From assembly GCA_965235115.1 (NCBI GenBank), contig OZ249436.1, positions 20,028,001 through 20,092,000 on the forward strand: 64,000 bases of DNA. Direction: 5' to 3'. The DNA comes from Laetmonice hystrix (lineage: Eukaryota). Below are positions 48,388 to 60,310 of this stretch, one piece after another. Made by a program: the position numbers and the translations under genes. The notes under the pieces were generated by a model. The model did not search any database. It had not been told where the DNA came from and saw only the letters and a program-made list of their open reading frames with translations. How positions within the stretch are numbered: the first letter of the stretch is position 1; each line of letters begins with the position of its first letter.

Positions 48388-50999
48388 TACAAGCAGGTAC
48401 CGAACGACATTATAGAGATCTATAGGCGGCATGAAATTCTGCCATTTTGGACATGCACGGTCCTACCTGATTATCTGAAATATCTGTGCCATGAACTCCG
48501 AGGTTAAAATTGTCCGAAGCAAACTGACACGGAAAGTGTTTCCACAGTGTCGCCAGTATTGGTGCTCTCAGGAAAAGAGCCATATTGAGAAAACGGTGAA
48601 AACAGGCATTTCAATTTCTGTTCCCGTTTAGTTGCCGAGATCAATCATGAAACGTGAATGGTGAACGAGGAAAAAAATTAATTGACATTTTGCATACAAA
48701 AAATGCATGTAATAACAAGAATTTGGTGAAAAATGGGACTTTACTACATTATTATGACATTTCCCCATCCAGGGGAATTGGACTTTGAAATTGTATAGTT
48801 TCGTCTACACTATTCTTCTTCGTGAATTCTTGAAACTGTATGAGTTCGTCTACATTTTTTTCTTCTTTTTAGTGTTGTAAGACAATGTGTAGATCCCGAT
48901 CAGCTTTCCGGTTTTCGAGCTATCTGAATGGACCTTGGGTGACAGGCCCACCATAGTATTAACTGATTGTACCATGATGGATTCCGTTATGGGATGTAAT
49001 AAACGAATGCAATGCGGTCGTAAATATGACACAACCTCAAGAACATATATCAGATTCTGGTATGAAAGCGGACACCGATTATTTCTTTATCGGGACCGAT
49101 GAATATTACAGTGGAGGTCACGTATATAGAAACGGAGCGAGGTTCAGACCCAGCATCATAAATTTTCATTTGTCCGTTTTGGCCTCACGAACCTAATTTC
49201 GAAGTGCTCTCGTACGGCTTGTCCTCGGAGAAAATTGATTGGGTTGTCTGTTTTTCGATCTGTTTTGAGATACCATTCGGCTCAAAGGTTGTTTCTATAG
49301 ATACCCGCGAGCTTTAAGGAGATGCCCGCTGTATAATTGTGGAGATGGCGAGCTTAATGGAAGTTTTCGGGGAGAGAGAAAGAAATGGAAAATGCGGCAG
49401 TCTAGTTGGGGATGAACTACTATGACCTCACTATTGGCTTTATAAGCAAGGCGCTCGACAATAACAAATAGAACGATTCCGCATTAAATCTATTGCGCTT
49501 TGCCACGAGTTACCTTTCCGGGAGAACAACTTATTAGATGTTATGAGTTATATCTTGGATTTACGACGTTTATTCGAGATTCCTATTTGGAACTGACCCG
49601 AGTGCAAATGACCGAGATTGCCTCCAATTCGATTAGGTCTTAATGGCCTTGATTTCCGAAAAGAAAAGATAAGATTTCAAACGAATGTGTTTATGTGTCT
49701 GTTAGATCCATTCAAAATGATGTAATCAGGGACGAACATTGGCAGACATTATATAAATGGGGAGAATATAGTCGAATTTATTTTATATGCCTGCCATTCA
49801 TGTTTCCAAATAAAAACATTTCTAGTGGGCCTATTGTTTTGGAAGACTATAGTAATGGCATCTATGTATATAATCAAGGATAAAGCTAGTTTGTGCGGAA
49901 ACTTGGAACCGACTTGTATATATAAATGAAGGCAATTAGGGTATAGCATGTGTCCCGTGAATATGGTATGATGGCATGGCAGGGAGATTATGGCATTGAG
50001 AACGACCCTTATTTGTAGAGTTATGCGTGTTTTCCATTGTGCTACATCTTCGTCTGAAATTAGCAATCATAATGTCTAAACTGCATGTGATTACAGTATA
50101 CCTTTTAAAGACGTTCTCGATACAGCCAACACGAGTTCTTTAACAAAGTACCCTTTTCAGCAACCGAACATGCAAGCAGGCCTATACATAATTCTCTATA
50201 CACCTCGTTCGGCAATGACAAATCAGCCTATTGCAGTATAAACTGCCTTTCCTCTCTCCTTTTGATGAAGTCAACTATAGGGATTGATGATGCACATATG
50301 CACTTCCCCGTCTTCAAAGCAACCATGCAACAACAAGAATCATATGCGTCGTTATGAGAATACCAATAACGTAATTATTCTCCCTAATCACATTAATAGG
50401 GTTTTACCCATGGTGGCATTACGCTATAGTACACCAAAAACGAATAGTCATTAGTGCGATTTATCAGGAGCCTGAGGAACATGCCTTGGTCGATTAGATC
50501 GGCTGGTCTATCAAGCTGGCGTCCCAATTGACACAGTTAGCCCACGTTCAATGCTCCCCCAAAGTCTGCCTTGATTTATACGCGGGCAAGCTCGCGGATA
50601 AATTAGGTACAACTCGGCTATTAAGTAGAGGTCAGCAGAGGGACCGCAGGTGCAGATCGAGGCATTGCGAGTTTCGGCGCATGAGCCCAGGAGAGATAAA
50701 TTAAGCCGAAAGCGGAAACACTGATCGCCGCGACTAATTAACGTACTTGTTGATTGATGTTCTGACGGGGCCCTGCTCAAAGGCTGCCCTTTATAGGCAA
50801 GTCACCATGTGACCACTTTCTTGTTACCATGGTTTTATATCATCATCAATATTAACCCACTAGTCATCTTAACATAGGTCTATTCGAAGAAATTGAGCAA
50901 GACATTCAAATTGAAATGATAGTTGATGAAAACAAACCAGATTCGCGCTGATTAATAAATACTATAACAAGGCGGTTAATGCTTGCTTAGTTTCTTTAC

Positions 51000-51224
51000 C
51001 TGAACGGATTGGTATTCTGTAAAGACAGGTTGAATGCGGCACTCGATACTGGCATTATTAATACAGAAAGGGAAGTGTCCACTGGAGTCCTTCCATTCAG
51101 CGTGACTACGCGGGATGGCTTTGAGGGCACACGCACGGCAATATCCGGCATAGGGGCGTTTGTCACGTTGGGCAGTTGGCTACCCGGGACACGGCTGTCT
51201 ATAGACTGCAGTATATGTTCAAGG
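51000..51224 (-). CDS. Putative internal exon of an unidentified gene (LEHILQSIDSRVPGSQLPNV...FNLSLQNTNPFR)
   Basis: Strong acceptor cctttttcatttcag and donor CAG|GTAAAG. 225 nt with only one stop-free frame (phase 2 to 2). I do not recognise the protein. Confidence 0.55.
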
Positions 51225-51700
51225 CTGAAATGAAAAAGGAAAATTAAAAATTATGAATCATTTCAAACAGCGTAGCCTTATGCGGAACGGAATGTCATTA
51301 GCCTCGCATTCGACCTCTCATCGATCGATCGAACGTCTTCTCCTGTGCCTAGGCCTACTTTTGTACCTCATTCTAAAATTTGTATTGCAAAAAGAACGAC
51401 AGCAACAATGTGGGAGGATTCCTTGAAACTGAGCTACAACAGTGTGCCCTTCTGAAGGTGAATCCGTCTGAATTTGAAACATTCCTGATATAATTTTAAA
51501 AACTTCTAAGTATTAGAATGGAAATTCAAATCTATAAAAGAATGTGTGCATAATGGCCAGGGGGCATTATTTCATCACCACAACGCACAAGGGGCCTTAA
51601 TTGTACTGGACTCTTGCATCGGTCGTTGTCCCTTACGTGATATAGTACCTCCAGCATATTGATGGCAGGCCACTAACTGCAATATTCAGTGGCAACGTAC

Positions 51701-51723
51701 CTCGTAGGCTGTAATCGATTCAT
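51701..51723 (-). CDS. Putative first coding segment (MNRLQPT) of an unidentified spliced gene; exon spans 51701-51756
   Basis: Acceptor tgtcgtttatttcag and donor GAG|GTACG. The ATG at 51723 reads in phase 2 into the open frame of exon 51000-51224. Confidence 0.45.
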
Positions 51724-52088
51724 GAGTTGTCACAAACGCGGTCATTTTCCAGCCGACTGAAATAAACGACAACAGAAAGTAAGTGCAGTGTTTCTGTCTG
51801 CATATAAATGCTGCTGTATAATTTATGCAGAAGAAAATTACTTCTCTCCCAGAGTCTGGCTTTCATGGTGCAGACCACCGGACTTCTCACACAGTTTATT
51901 TTACTACAACAACAAATAATTGCGAGTATTCATTACCTCAGGTTGTTCCGTTTACGTCGTCCTAGATGTAATAATCTGTTGGGTTGTTTGGTTGTTTTAT
52001 TGGAGTAAGTCTCTCTTAATTCACATGCCTCCCACGATATGCCCTGGTCCTTCTGGTAGAGGCATCATATCACTGAAATCATTGTTTC

Positions 52089-52358
52089 CTGGGCCCGTTT
52101 TTTTTTGGTTTACTTTTCCACCGTGAGCAAGGGTGAGCTGAGCTGAGCAAGGGTGAGCGTGAGCTCATTCTCGCTGTTTTCATGTTTTTTTGGTTGTTTT
52201 TTTCCATGAGGCGTGCTCATGATGAGCAAGCTCGCGGAAAAACACCCCAAAAAACGAAAACAGTGAGCAAAACAGTGAGCATGAGCTTCTGCTCACCCTT
52301 GCTCAGCTCAGCTCACCCTTGCTCACGGTGGAAAAGTAAACAAAAAAACCGGGCCCAG
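52089..52358. mobile_element. Fold-back MITE, nearly fully palindromic
   Basis: ctgggcccg..tttacttttccaccgtgagcaagggtgagctgagctgagcaagggtgagc is mirrored at 52291-52358. Confidence 0.9.
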
Positions 52359-55028
52359 AAGCTCATCCTCACCTATATTTTGGAATCTTCAAAGTTAATG
52401 GACCATTTGCCAGACCCGAACAGGATAGGCAATTAACTCACTACTAGATAATAAGCGGTTAAGTCGTGAGAATCTACAAGTGAAATTATAAATTATTTAG
52501 TCTCTAAAATATTATAGTCTCTTGCACTAGGCCGACAATGATTATGAACATTGAAAAAGACGTCTAAAATTGTAATATTTACATGACTTGGCTTTTTGAA
52601 ATTAGGCTGTATTTTTCTTTTGAAATGCACGGGCATCAGGGGTAACCCAATTACTTTGACAATGTCCCTAAAGAGAAAAGTTGTATAGTCCTCTACAGGA
52701 ATCGAACCCAGGCCCTAAGATTACTGCACCCATTCGCATAGCATAAGGTGTCGACATGGATGCGTAATTGAACTTGTCAAATCTAAATGTAGTTATCTGA
52801 AAGACAGGCTAATTCGACGATATGCGACATTATTTTCCTGACCTTTTTAATTTTTTTTACTGTACTTGCCCGATTTCCGCAAATGAGTGCTCCAACTTTC
52901 GCTCTTAATTTGCGTTATCTTCCAACTGAAATTTTATCTTTCCAAAATTTATCCCGAATGGCGGTGTGCGGCTTCCCTTGAACACCACACGACGACTCGG
53001 AGGGATAAGAGTCAAATTGGCTGGTGGCATTTTGGCAGCGGAATAATGGCCCGCTCACACAGTCCTTTGACTCCGTGCCATCTATAGTGGCACTTGGCTT
53101 TGATTAACGGTTTGACTCTCAAAGATGCCTTCCTTCAGGCACGTATCAGATAGGGCTTGAAGCTTTACGAGTCAATACTGTCCCTCCACCATCTGGCACT
53201 GCCCATTGAGCTATGGACCTCCTCATCGATTAGCACTTGGCCCATCTTCTAAAGACCTTCACGACCGGTTCCAGAGAGCACCCTCCTCACCGGCAAATGC
53301 CCGAGGTCTTTCGACGATGTCACTATTTTGGAAGCCATATTACAGAGAACACGTTGGCCTTTCCTCAATGGGCAATCGTTCACATGAAAAGGCAAGATAA
53401 GCGTTATCGTGAAATGCACCATCATGCGAAAACTCGAAGGTTTCGAGTCTTTATTAGACCTTTCGGATTGAGCGGTTATATGGCGGAGGGTTGCCTTCCA
53501 GTCGTATAGACTTTGAAGGCAGATCCCACAATTACTCCCGAATTGTACACGACTATCGATCAGGTATTCTCGTTCTGGCATTTCAGTGACCGAGGCAGAT
53601 AAGAAAATGACCTATCATTTCGACGTGTCACATGTGTCACGTGGTCACCGAGTCGGCCTGTAATACGAGACTGGATGGGGCGCCGCAAACGGTTTACCCC
53701 GGCAGGATCAAACTGTCGTCACACGTTTTCAGTTCACCGCGCATCGCGTCTATAATGGGGCCAAACGTTTCACTGTGAACTGAAAACGCCAAGGGCAAGG
53801 AAATCCTGCTCGTGGTCTTTGGGCAGTGCCAGTAGGATGCACTCTACTAGGTGTGATTTCAGCTCCTCCGTATTGAAATTGACTCTAGGGGCATAAAGTA
53901 GTGATAAAGTTAACCTTGGCTTCTTTGACCACCCGATGGCCGACCCCCCTACCCCCTAGCCCCCCCCCCCCCCCCGTATGCGAATGCAGTTAGGCTACGT
54001 CCAGACCGACATTAAGACACTACTTAAACTATCGAAAATATCACTTCAAATCGGGCAAAAGAACTTGTGTTGAATTCAACCACCAAAGGACCGTTGGCTG
54101 TCTCTCGGTTTTACTCTTTGTTCCCGAAGATTAAATGGCAGATCGTCGGGTATGCAGGTCACATGGATTCGTACAACTCTTTTGTTTCACTTGAACCAAT
54201 TCTGAGAAATGAGAGACGTCGGAAATGGTCAGAAACGGCGACCGAAGGTTTGGTGTAATTGAAATTATGGTTTAATAAGGCCTCGCTCGGGGATTTGTCG
54301 CTACCCGTGAAAGGGCATTATGGCGGAATTTGCTGGAATCCATCAGTGGCGACGACGAAAACACTTAGAGCACATCAAGCCATAGGCGTGAACGATTGCG
54401 CGCCATTCGGTCGGCTCTGTCAGTCTTTCTCTGCCTGTAATATTGACGGCAGAGAACACAGTTACGTCTAAAAGCACGGACGCGCGCGACTTCAGTAGCG
54501 TAGAGAGGGTTGAGGCGTCAAAGCTCGCATCCAATTTCCGAAATAGTAGCAGGATTAAGATAAGCAATCCACGCGGCGGCATTGTTGTGGCGTTTATATT
54601 AAAACACTACATGTGATATATTGACGGCCACTGGGAGCCGACGGACTTCACCTATAGCTTAACAATGGTACGGAATGTTTGAATGTATACGGCTGAAATA
54701 TACCACCTATTGACAAGGCAGATAAAGATGTACAGGATGAAGGGCACGCTCTCCTAATGTGCCCCACAAAGGGCTGAAATCAGGCGAAACTGTTCAATAA
54801 CTGACAAAGACGAAATCCGTAATGTTTTCAAGCAGGACGCACCCTAGGTGTGCGATGTTATACAAGAAAATTTGACAAATATATGTAAACTCTTATCGAT
54901 TGGAAATAATGTGTAAAACTGGACAACATTTGACAGGCCTAGAGGGGTCTTCCTCTACGTGTAAATCTATGTCAATAAATACAATACAATACACACGTAT
55001 GGAACCACATTGTCTTCCAAGTCAGTTG

Positions 55029-55539
55029 ATTTGGGGTCAGGGGCTGCGATTTCTCCCAGCTTCATGGTGAAAGACATTTGGGTCAGAGGCTGCGATTTCT
55101 CCCAGCTTCATGGTGAAAGACATTTGGGGTCAGGGGCTGCGATTTCTCCCAACTTCATGGGGAAATACATTTGTGTCAGAGGCTGCGATTTCTCCCAGCT
55201 TCATGGTGAAAGACATTTGGATCAGGGTCAGTCATTTCTCCCAGCTTCATGGTGAAAGGCATTTGGGTCAGAGGCTGCGATTTCTCCCAGCTTCATGGTG
55301 AAAGACATTTGGATCAGGGTCAGTAATTTCTCCCAGCTTCATGGTGAAAGGCATTTGGATCAGGGTCAGTAATTTCTCCCAGCTTCATGGTGAAAGACAT
55401 TTGGATCAGGGTCAGTAATTTTTCCCAGCTTCATGGTGAAAGGCATTTGGGTCAGAGGCTGCGATTTCTCCCAGCTTCATGGTGACAGACATTTGGGTCA
55501 GAGGCTGCGATTTCTCCCAGCTTCATGGCGAAAGACATT
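55029..55539. repeat. Minisatellite, 46-bp unit (catttgggtcagaggctgcgatttctcccagcttcatggtgaaaga), about 11 copies
   Basis: Tandem array visible directly, with two alternating unit variants. Confidence 0.95.
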
Positions 55540-57401
55540 ATGGAAAAGCGCTTTGTTTACGAGGATACACCGTTGTCCCCACCCCCTAACAAAATCCTTT
55601 GTTTAGTGTTTGACGAAGACACCAACTAACAATGACTATCAGCGAGTGTAACTTTTAGTACAAATATTAAATTTTGAAGAAAACATTTAACATTTTCTAC
55701 ATGAGAACTACAGTGAACCCCGATCGGTGACCGTTCGAGACCCGAAGTCCTTGTCCACACTGACCACGGCGCAGCTGTTTGAGGAAGGAGTCATCCTCCT
55801 CCATTCCAGCCATGCAGAGACCAGAGAATTCACTGCTCGTGCCGGGGTAATGACCAATACGGCAGCGGGTCAAGGTGTGTCACCTTTCTCCCAAATGGTC
55901 GTTAGAAGTATAATGTAATTTTCAACGTCAACTTTGTTCACGCTAATTCGTTTACCTGCTGGTCGAGCTGATTTAGACGTGGCGAATGCGCCACATTAGA
56001 GGCACCGAAATCAATTTGATGGGTGATAAATCGATCAAAACGTAGCAAATGTGATAAAAAGAAGCCTTTGTGGAAGTCGCTGAGGGTCGGTGATTGTTGA
56101 CGCATTGAAAACACGGCCAAGTATCTCCTTCATTGGAAGCACGATAAATCTATTGACAGTGAAAACGAGAACGCGCTTCCTGGCAGCACGTGACACCCCC
56201 CGTGGCTGGGCTCGTAACCACACACTGTCTCTTTATTCTCTCCTTCTGTTTACATGTCATTGATCCAACCACATTTTGTGATCGTTGATGATGAAGCAAC
56301 AACACAGAGAAAACACAAAGTCAAAGGCTGCCACAATACATTTGACTAGACCTACTATACAAGGAGATCGAGGTATCAGCGGTTGAACATGCGATGATAA
56401 TTGTGCCAATGATATCCTACAGCTTCAGCACCTACTCAGTATATCTGTTTGTAACGTTGGTAATTTCTCCAACTAATCGGCTAATGTAAGACAATATCAA
56501 AATCCTATCGGATATTTTATATATCTTTATACTTTGGGAATTATTTTATGAGATGCTCAGCGCCAGAGCCAGGGTTCCGGACAAAAAATGAAATTACCTC
56601 TGGCCATTTGCATTGTTTAAATCTGTTCCGTCGTCAGCGATGGCAGGTAATTTTCCGCGCATGTTCCATAATGCCTTAATGATCCCTTCGACAAGCACGG
56701 CACTGATTTACGCTCAGTTGAATTGTTACCAGAGAATCCAGCATCTGGATGGATCGGTCGGTTTGGGTGGAACTGCACCTGGCCTCTAAAACAGCACAAC
56801 TTCATTTACCGGTCATCATTACTATTGGGAGCCCGTCCATTTAGTTGTTAAGTGGTTATTTCTACCCGTTCATATTGCAGTGATGTGCCCCCATGGTATC
56901 GCGTAATGCATGGGGACACTGTGCAACGAACTGATTGTTGAGCGTCAGATTTTAGCGACAAAATACACGGTTTAACTTTTTAAAGCTGAAAGGAATGCAT
57001 TGGGTAGGATTAGATGCGTCTTGCAGTAGATGTAGTATGCATGTATTATCACGGTACACGGAAACTGCATTTCTTTGATTTCTTTCTAGTATAAGATAAG
57101 AAAGCCAGCTTTCAGCAGTAAGACTGTATCTTGATCTTATATTATAATACAGCGCACCTTGAGTACATATTCGAGGTTATTTCGTTCACCTGTTTCACGT
57201 ATGCAATTGCTGTTACTAATATGACATATGGCGTATTCCTGATTGAGTATAGGCCTATAGTGATGATTTGCCATGCATGTCGCCCCCCCCCCCCCCCAAT
57301 AATTACTGTTCAATGTTCAGCAATCAGAGCCCTCGTGTTAGAGAAACAGTCTATTCTCTTGAAGGACATGTGGCCCTCTAACTAGTGTATAATACAGGAT
57401 A

Positions 57402-57653
57402 TACGGAGCCAGGGGACATAGGTGGGGAACATTATGATATTTCGTCCCTCGAAATCATTATTTCGTTCCTTCGAATTCATTTCGAGGGAACGAAATATCC
57501 CTCGAAGTAATAGATTTCGTTCCCAGGAAATAGTTTTGGAGGTAAATCATTTCGAGAGAACGAAATACGTTATTTCGTTCTCACGTTCGAGGGGCCGAAA
57601 TAATGTAGGCCTATAACTTCTTTTTACACTCATTTCCTCTTAGGGGCTCCGTA
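57402..57653. mobile_element. TA-flanked MITE tacggagcc...ggctccgta with internal atttcg/cgaaat repeats
   Basis: 9-bp inverted ends and repeated atttcgt(t)ccctcgaaat motifs. Confidence 0.75.
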
Positions 57654-60243
57654 TCATAGCCCTTATTTCTGCGGCCTTCGACCCAACCCCCGGACCTTTA
57701 TAAATACCTTTGGAAAACATCTGCGAGTTTCTGGACGTCAGTACACCCAGTTACGAAGGCTACGCTGCCAGTATAGGATGGTAGGTTTCGATACTTTAAG
57801 CGAAAGTTAACGTTCTGTTTTTTCTATCCAGCGAGTCGTGAAAGACATATAGACGAATAAATTGATTGAGTATAACTTGAAAGTACCTCTCCTACACTGG
57901 ACAGCTACACGTTATTTTCGGATCCATACATCTTGTGAGAGCGTGTCGACAGCTTCGTTTACGTGGCAGACTGAGATATGGCGACGACGTTCGCCCATTG
58001 TTTCCCTCCTGTGTGGTCCTTGGAAACGTTATCAATCACACAAACCACCGTCAACGTGGCCTCAGTCGGCCCTCCCATGAGTCTCGTACTTTATAATACG
58101 GGACGCCGTGCCGATAGTATGCCTAATTTGCTTGGGTGCTTGGAAGGCGCAAGAAAATATGTTTCAGTTAGAAAAATCGAACACTCCAAAACACGTTCCG
58201 TTCACATGAAACTCTGCAACCTCGCCGGAAGCAATTCGGTGGCGTCTTTTAATGTCATCTTCCATGCAATGAAAATTCTGATGTTAAAATATACTGCGTC
58301 GTTCTTTACCGCCTGTCGTTGGGATCGGATTGTTTTACCTTGAAACCATTAGGAATGTTTGGTCCATCGACCCGTTTGGCCCGGTGACACGACATGCCGT
58401 AAGTTATCGCCTTAGATTACCGCGGGGTCAATCTGGCGGCAAAACATATTGCCACCAAATGTCAGCGCTAGCAGGGCTAATCACAGAAAGGGGTCCTCTC
58501 TTGTGAATGCCACTATTTTGTCATAAGTCTCCCTTCTGACGAGCGTGACCTTTGCCAATGTCTTTATCAGTGTGATTCTGATTGGTCGACCTAAGTGCAC
58601 GGGTGACAGCATGACACCTGATGCCAGCCAAACGGTGGGCGTCGACAGGTATTGATTGCATTCTACGCCGTCCAATTATCGATATGGATAGCCATCTTTT
58701 TACATTGCTGCCATTCTCTGTGAACATGTAGGTCTACAACTTTGTCACGATAAGTACAATTTGTTTTATTCCAATTCATTATTTTTAAGGCGCTTAGACT
58801 AGATTCAGTAGGTTTTTGGTGTCAACGATGATTTGAGAACAAATACATCGATGACAAAACCATACATGTATTGGATGCAGTTAGAATTGTGCTATCTGAG
58901 GTGACCACTACTACACCTAACCTCGCTACATGTATGGCTATAATAGCCAACTCTGGCTTCAATCAAATACTGCGATTTGTACATTGGCTGCACGGATTTG
59001 GTGAATAAAGATGAATGAACGAATGAATATAGGCCCACTAGAATCGGTGTCTGCGTATTTCTGCCCCACTTAGCCGTATATCGTCACCTTCACAGTATAC
59101 CTTCAGTAACAGGGGCAGCAAAAGATTCTAAAATTGGACAAAGGACGAAGACATAAATGAGTGAACATGAGTGAGTCTATGGCTCTCGATTTTTTTTCAG
59201 CTAAAGAATTATTTCTGAAGGGACAGTTTACTTCTGCTAGCGTGTCAGATGGTCCTAAAGTAAGTAGAGTAATTCTATTCAAGATTCATACGAGTTGGAT
59301 TAATGCTGCACCACGGCTTCCTTCGAGGGCGCCTGAAACATTCATAAACGCTGTTCAACAGAGCAAGGGTAAGCTCTTGAGAAAGTAAGATATTTGTCTT
59401 GGTTTTGTAGAAAACATAATTTTAATGATGTAATTGCCGACATAATAACGAATGCGGAATGCGATGTCGAATTTCCGGCGCCCTTTCCAGCTTATCTTTG
59501 GTTCAAAACAAATCAATGAAAGTCTAAAATCTCTAGTCACTGGTCTCTCTTGTGATTGCCGTCTCAATATCCGACATATAGAGTATACATGTATATCGAA
59601 TATTGTTATATGGGAAATGGACTGTATTATACTCCTCGGATATATCTTCTACCCACACCTTTCCCGCAGGAATCGTGTACATGTTGTACAATGAACTTTC
59701 TGGGGACTGTAAGGCCAAAAAAAAAAAAAGTTTCGTTTCTTGTCCTTTATATAAAAAAAATGGTGCGGTGACGCGGTTTTTTTTTTTTTTTGGTCTTTCT
59801 TTTTTTTTTGGATGCAACTAGACAACGGCCGATTCTTCGAATGCAATTGCTGTTGGGTACATAAATCTTGAAGAAAAGACCAATACAATGATGTTCAATG
59901 TTTTAGAACGTGTAAAACTCACCTAAAGTCAACAAGACTAACAGAAAAACGCCAACGCCAAAGAACCGTTGCAACGTTCTGTCACAGCGCTACACTGCCC
60001 ACCATATGAAGCAGTCGGATTTGAAAAAAAAGACTTGACGCGGGAGTTTTTAGGTGACGCGCGCGGGGACAAGAAACGAATCTATTTTTTTTTTTGGCCT
60101 AAGACAGAACCAGTCAATTCTGTTCTGCAGCTAAGGGATCTGTCGTCAACATCATCGCCAGCAGGAGCAGCAGCAAAATGGACAGAACTATCACAAATGA
60201 TATCATATCTTTGTTAGATATATACATACAACCACCAAGCTAG

Positions 60244-60310
60244 CCACCCACCCACCCACCCACCCACCCACCCACCCACCCACCCACCCACCCACCCACC
60301 CACCCACCCA
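60244..60310. repeat. (CCAC)n microsatellite
   Basis: About 16-17 perfect units. Confidence 0.97.

Noticed and set aside
48873..49740. Plus-strand exon after a strong acceptor
   Set aside because: All three frames stop within about 90 nt and no protein is recognisable.
52688..52735. tRNA gene suggested by minus-strand GGTTCGATTCC (B-box/T-arm)
   Set aside because: No cloverleaf or A-box could be formed. At most it is a decayed tRNA-derived SINE head.
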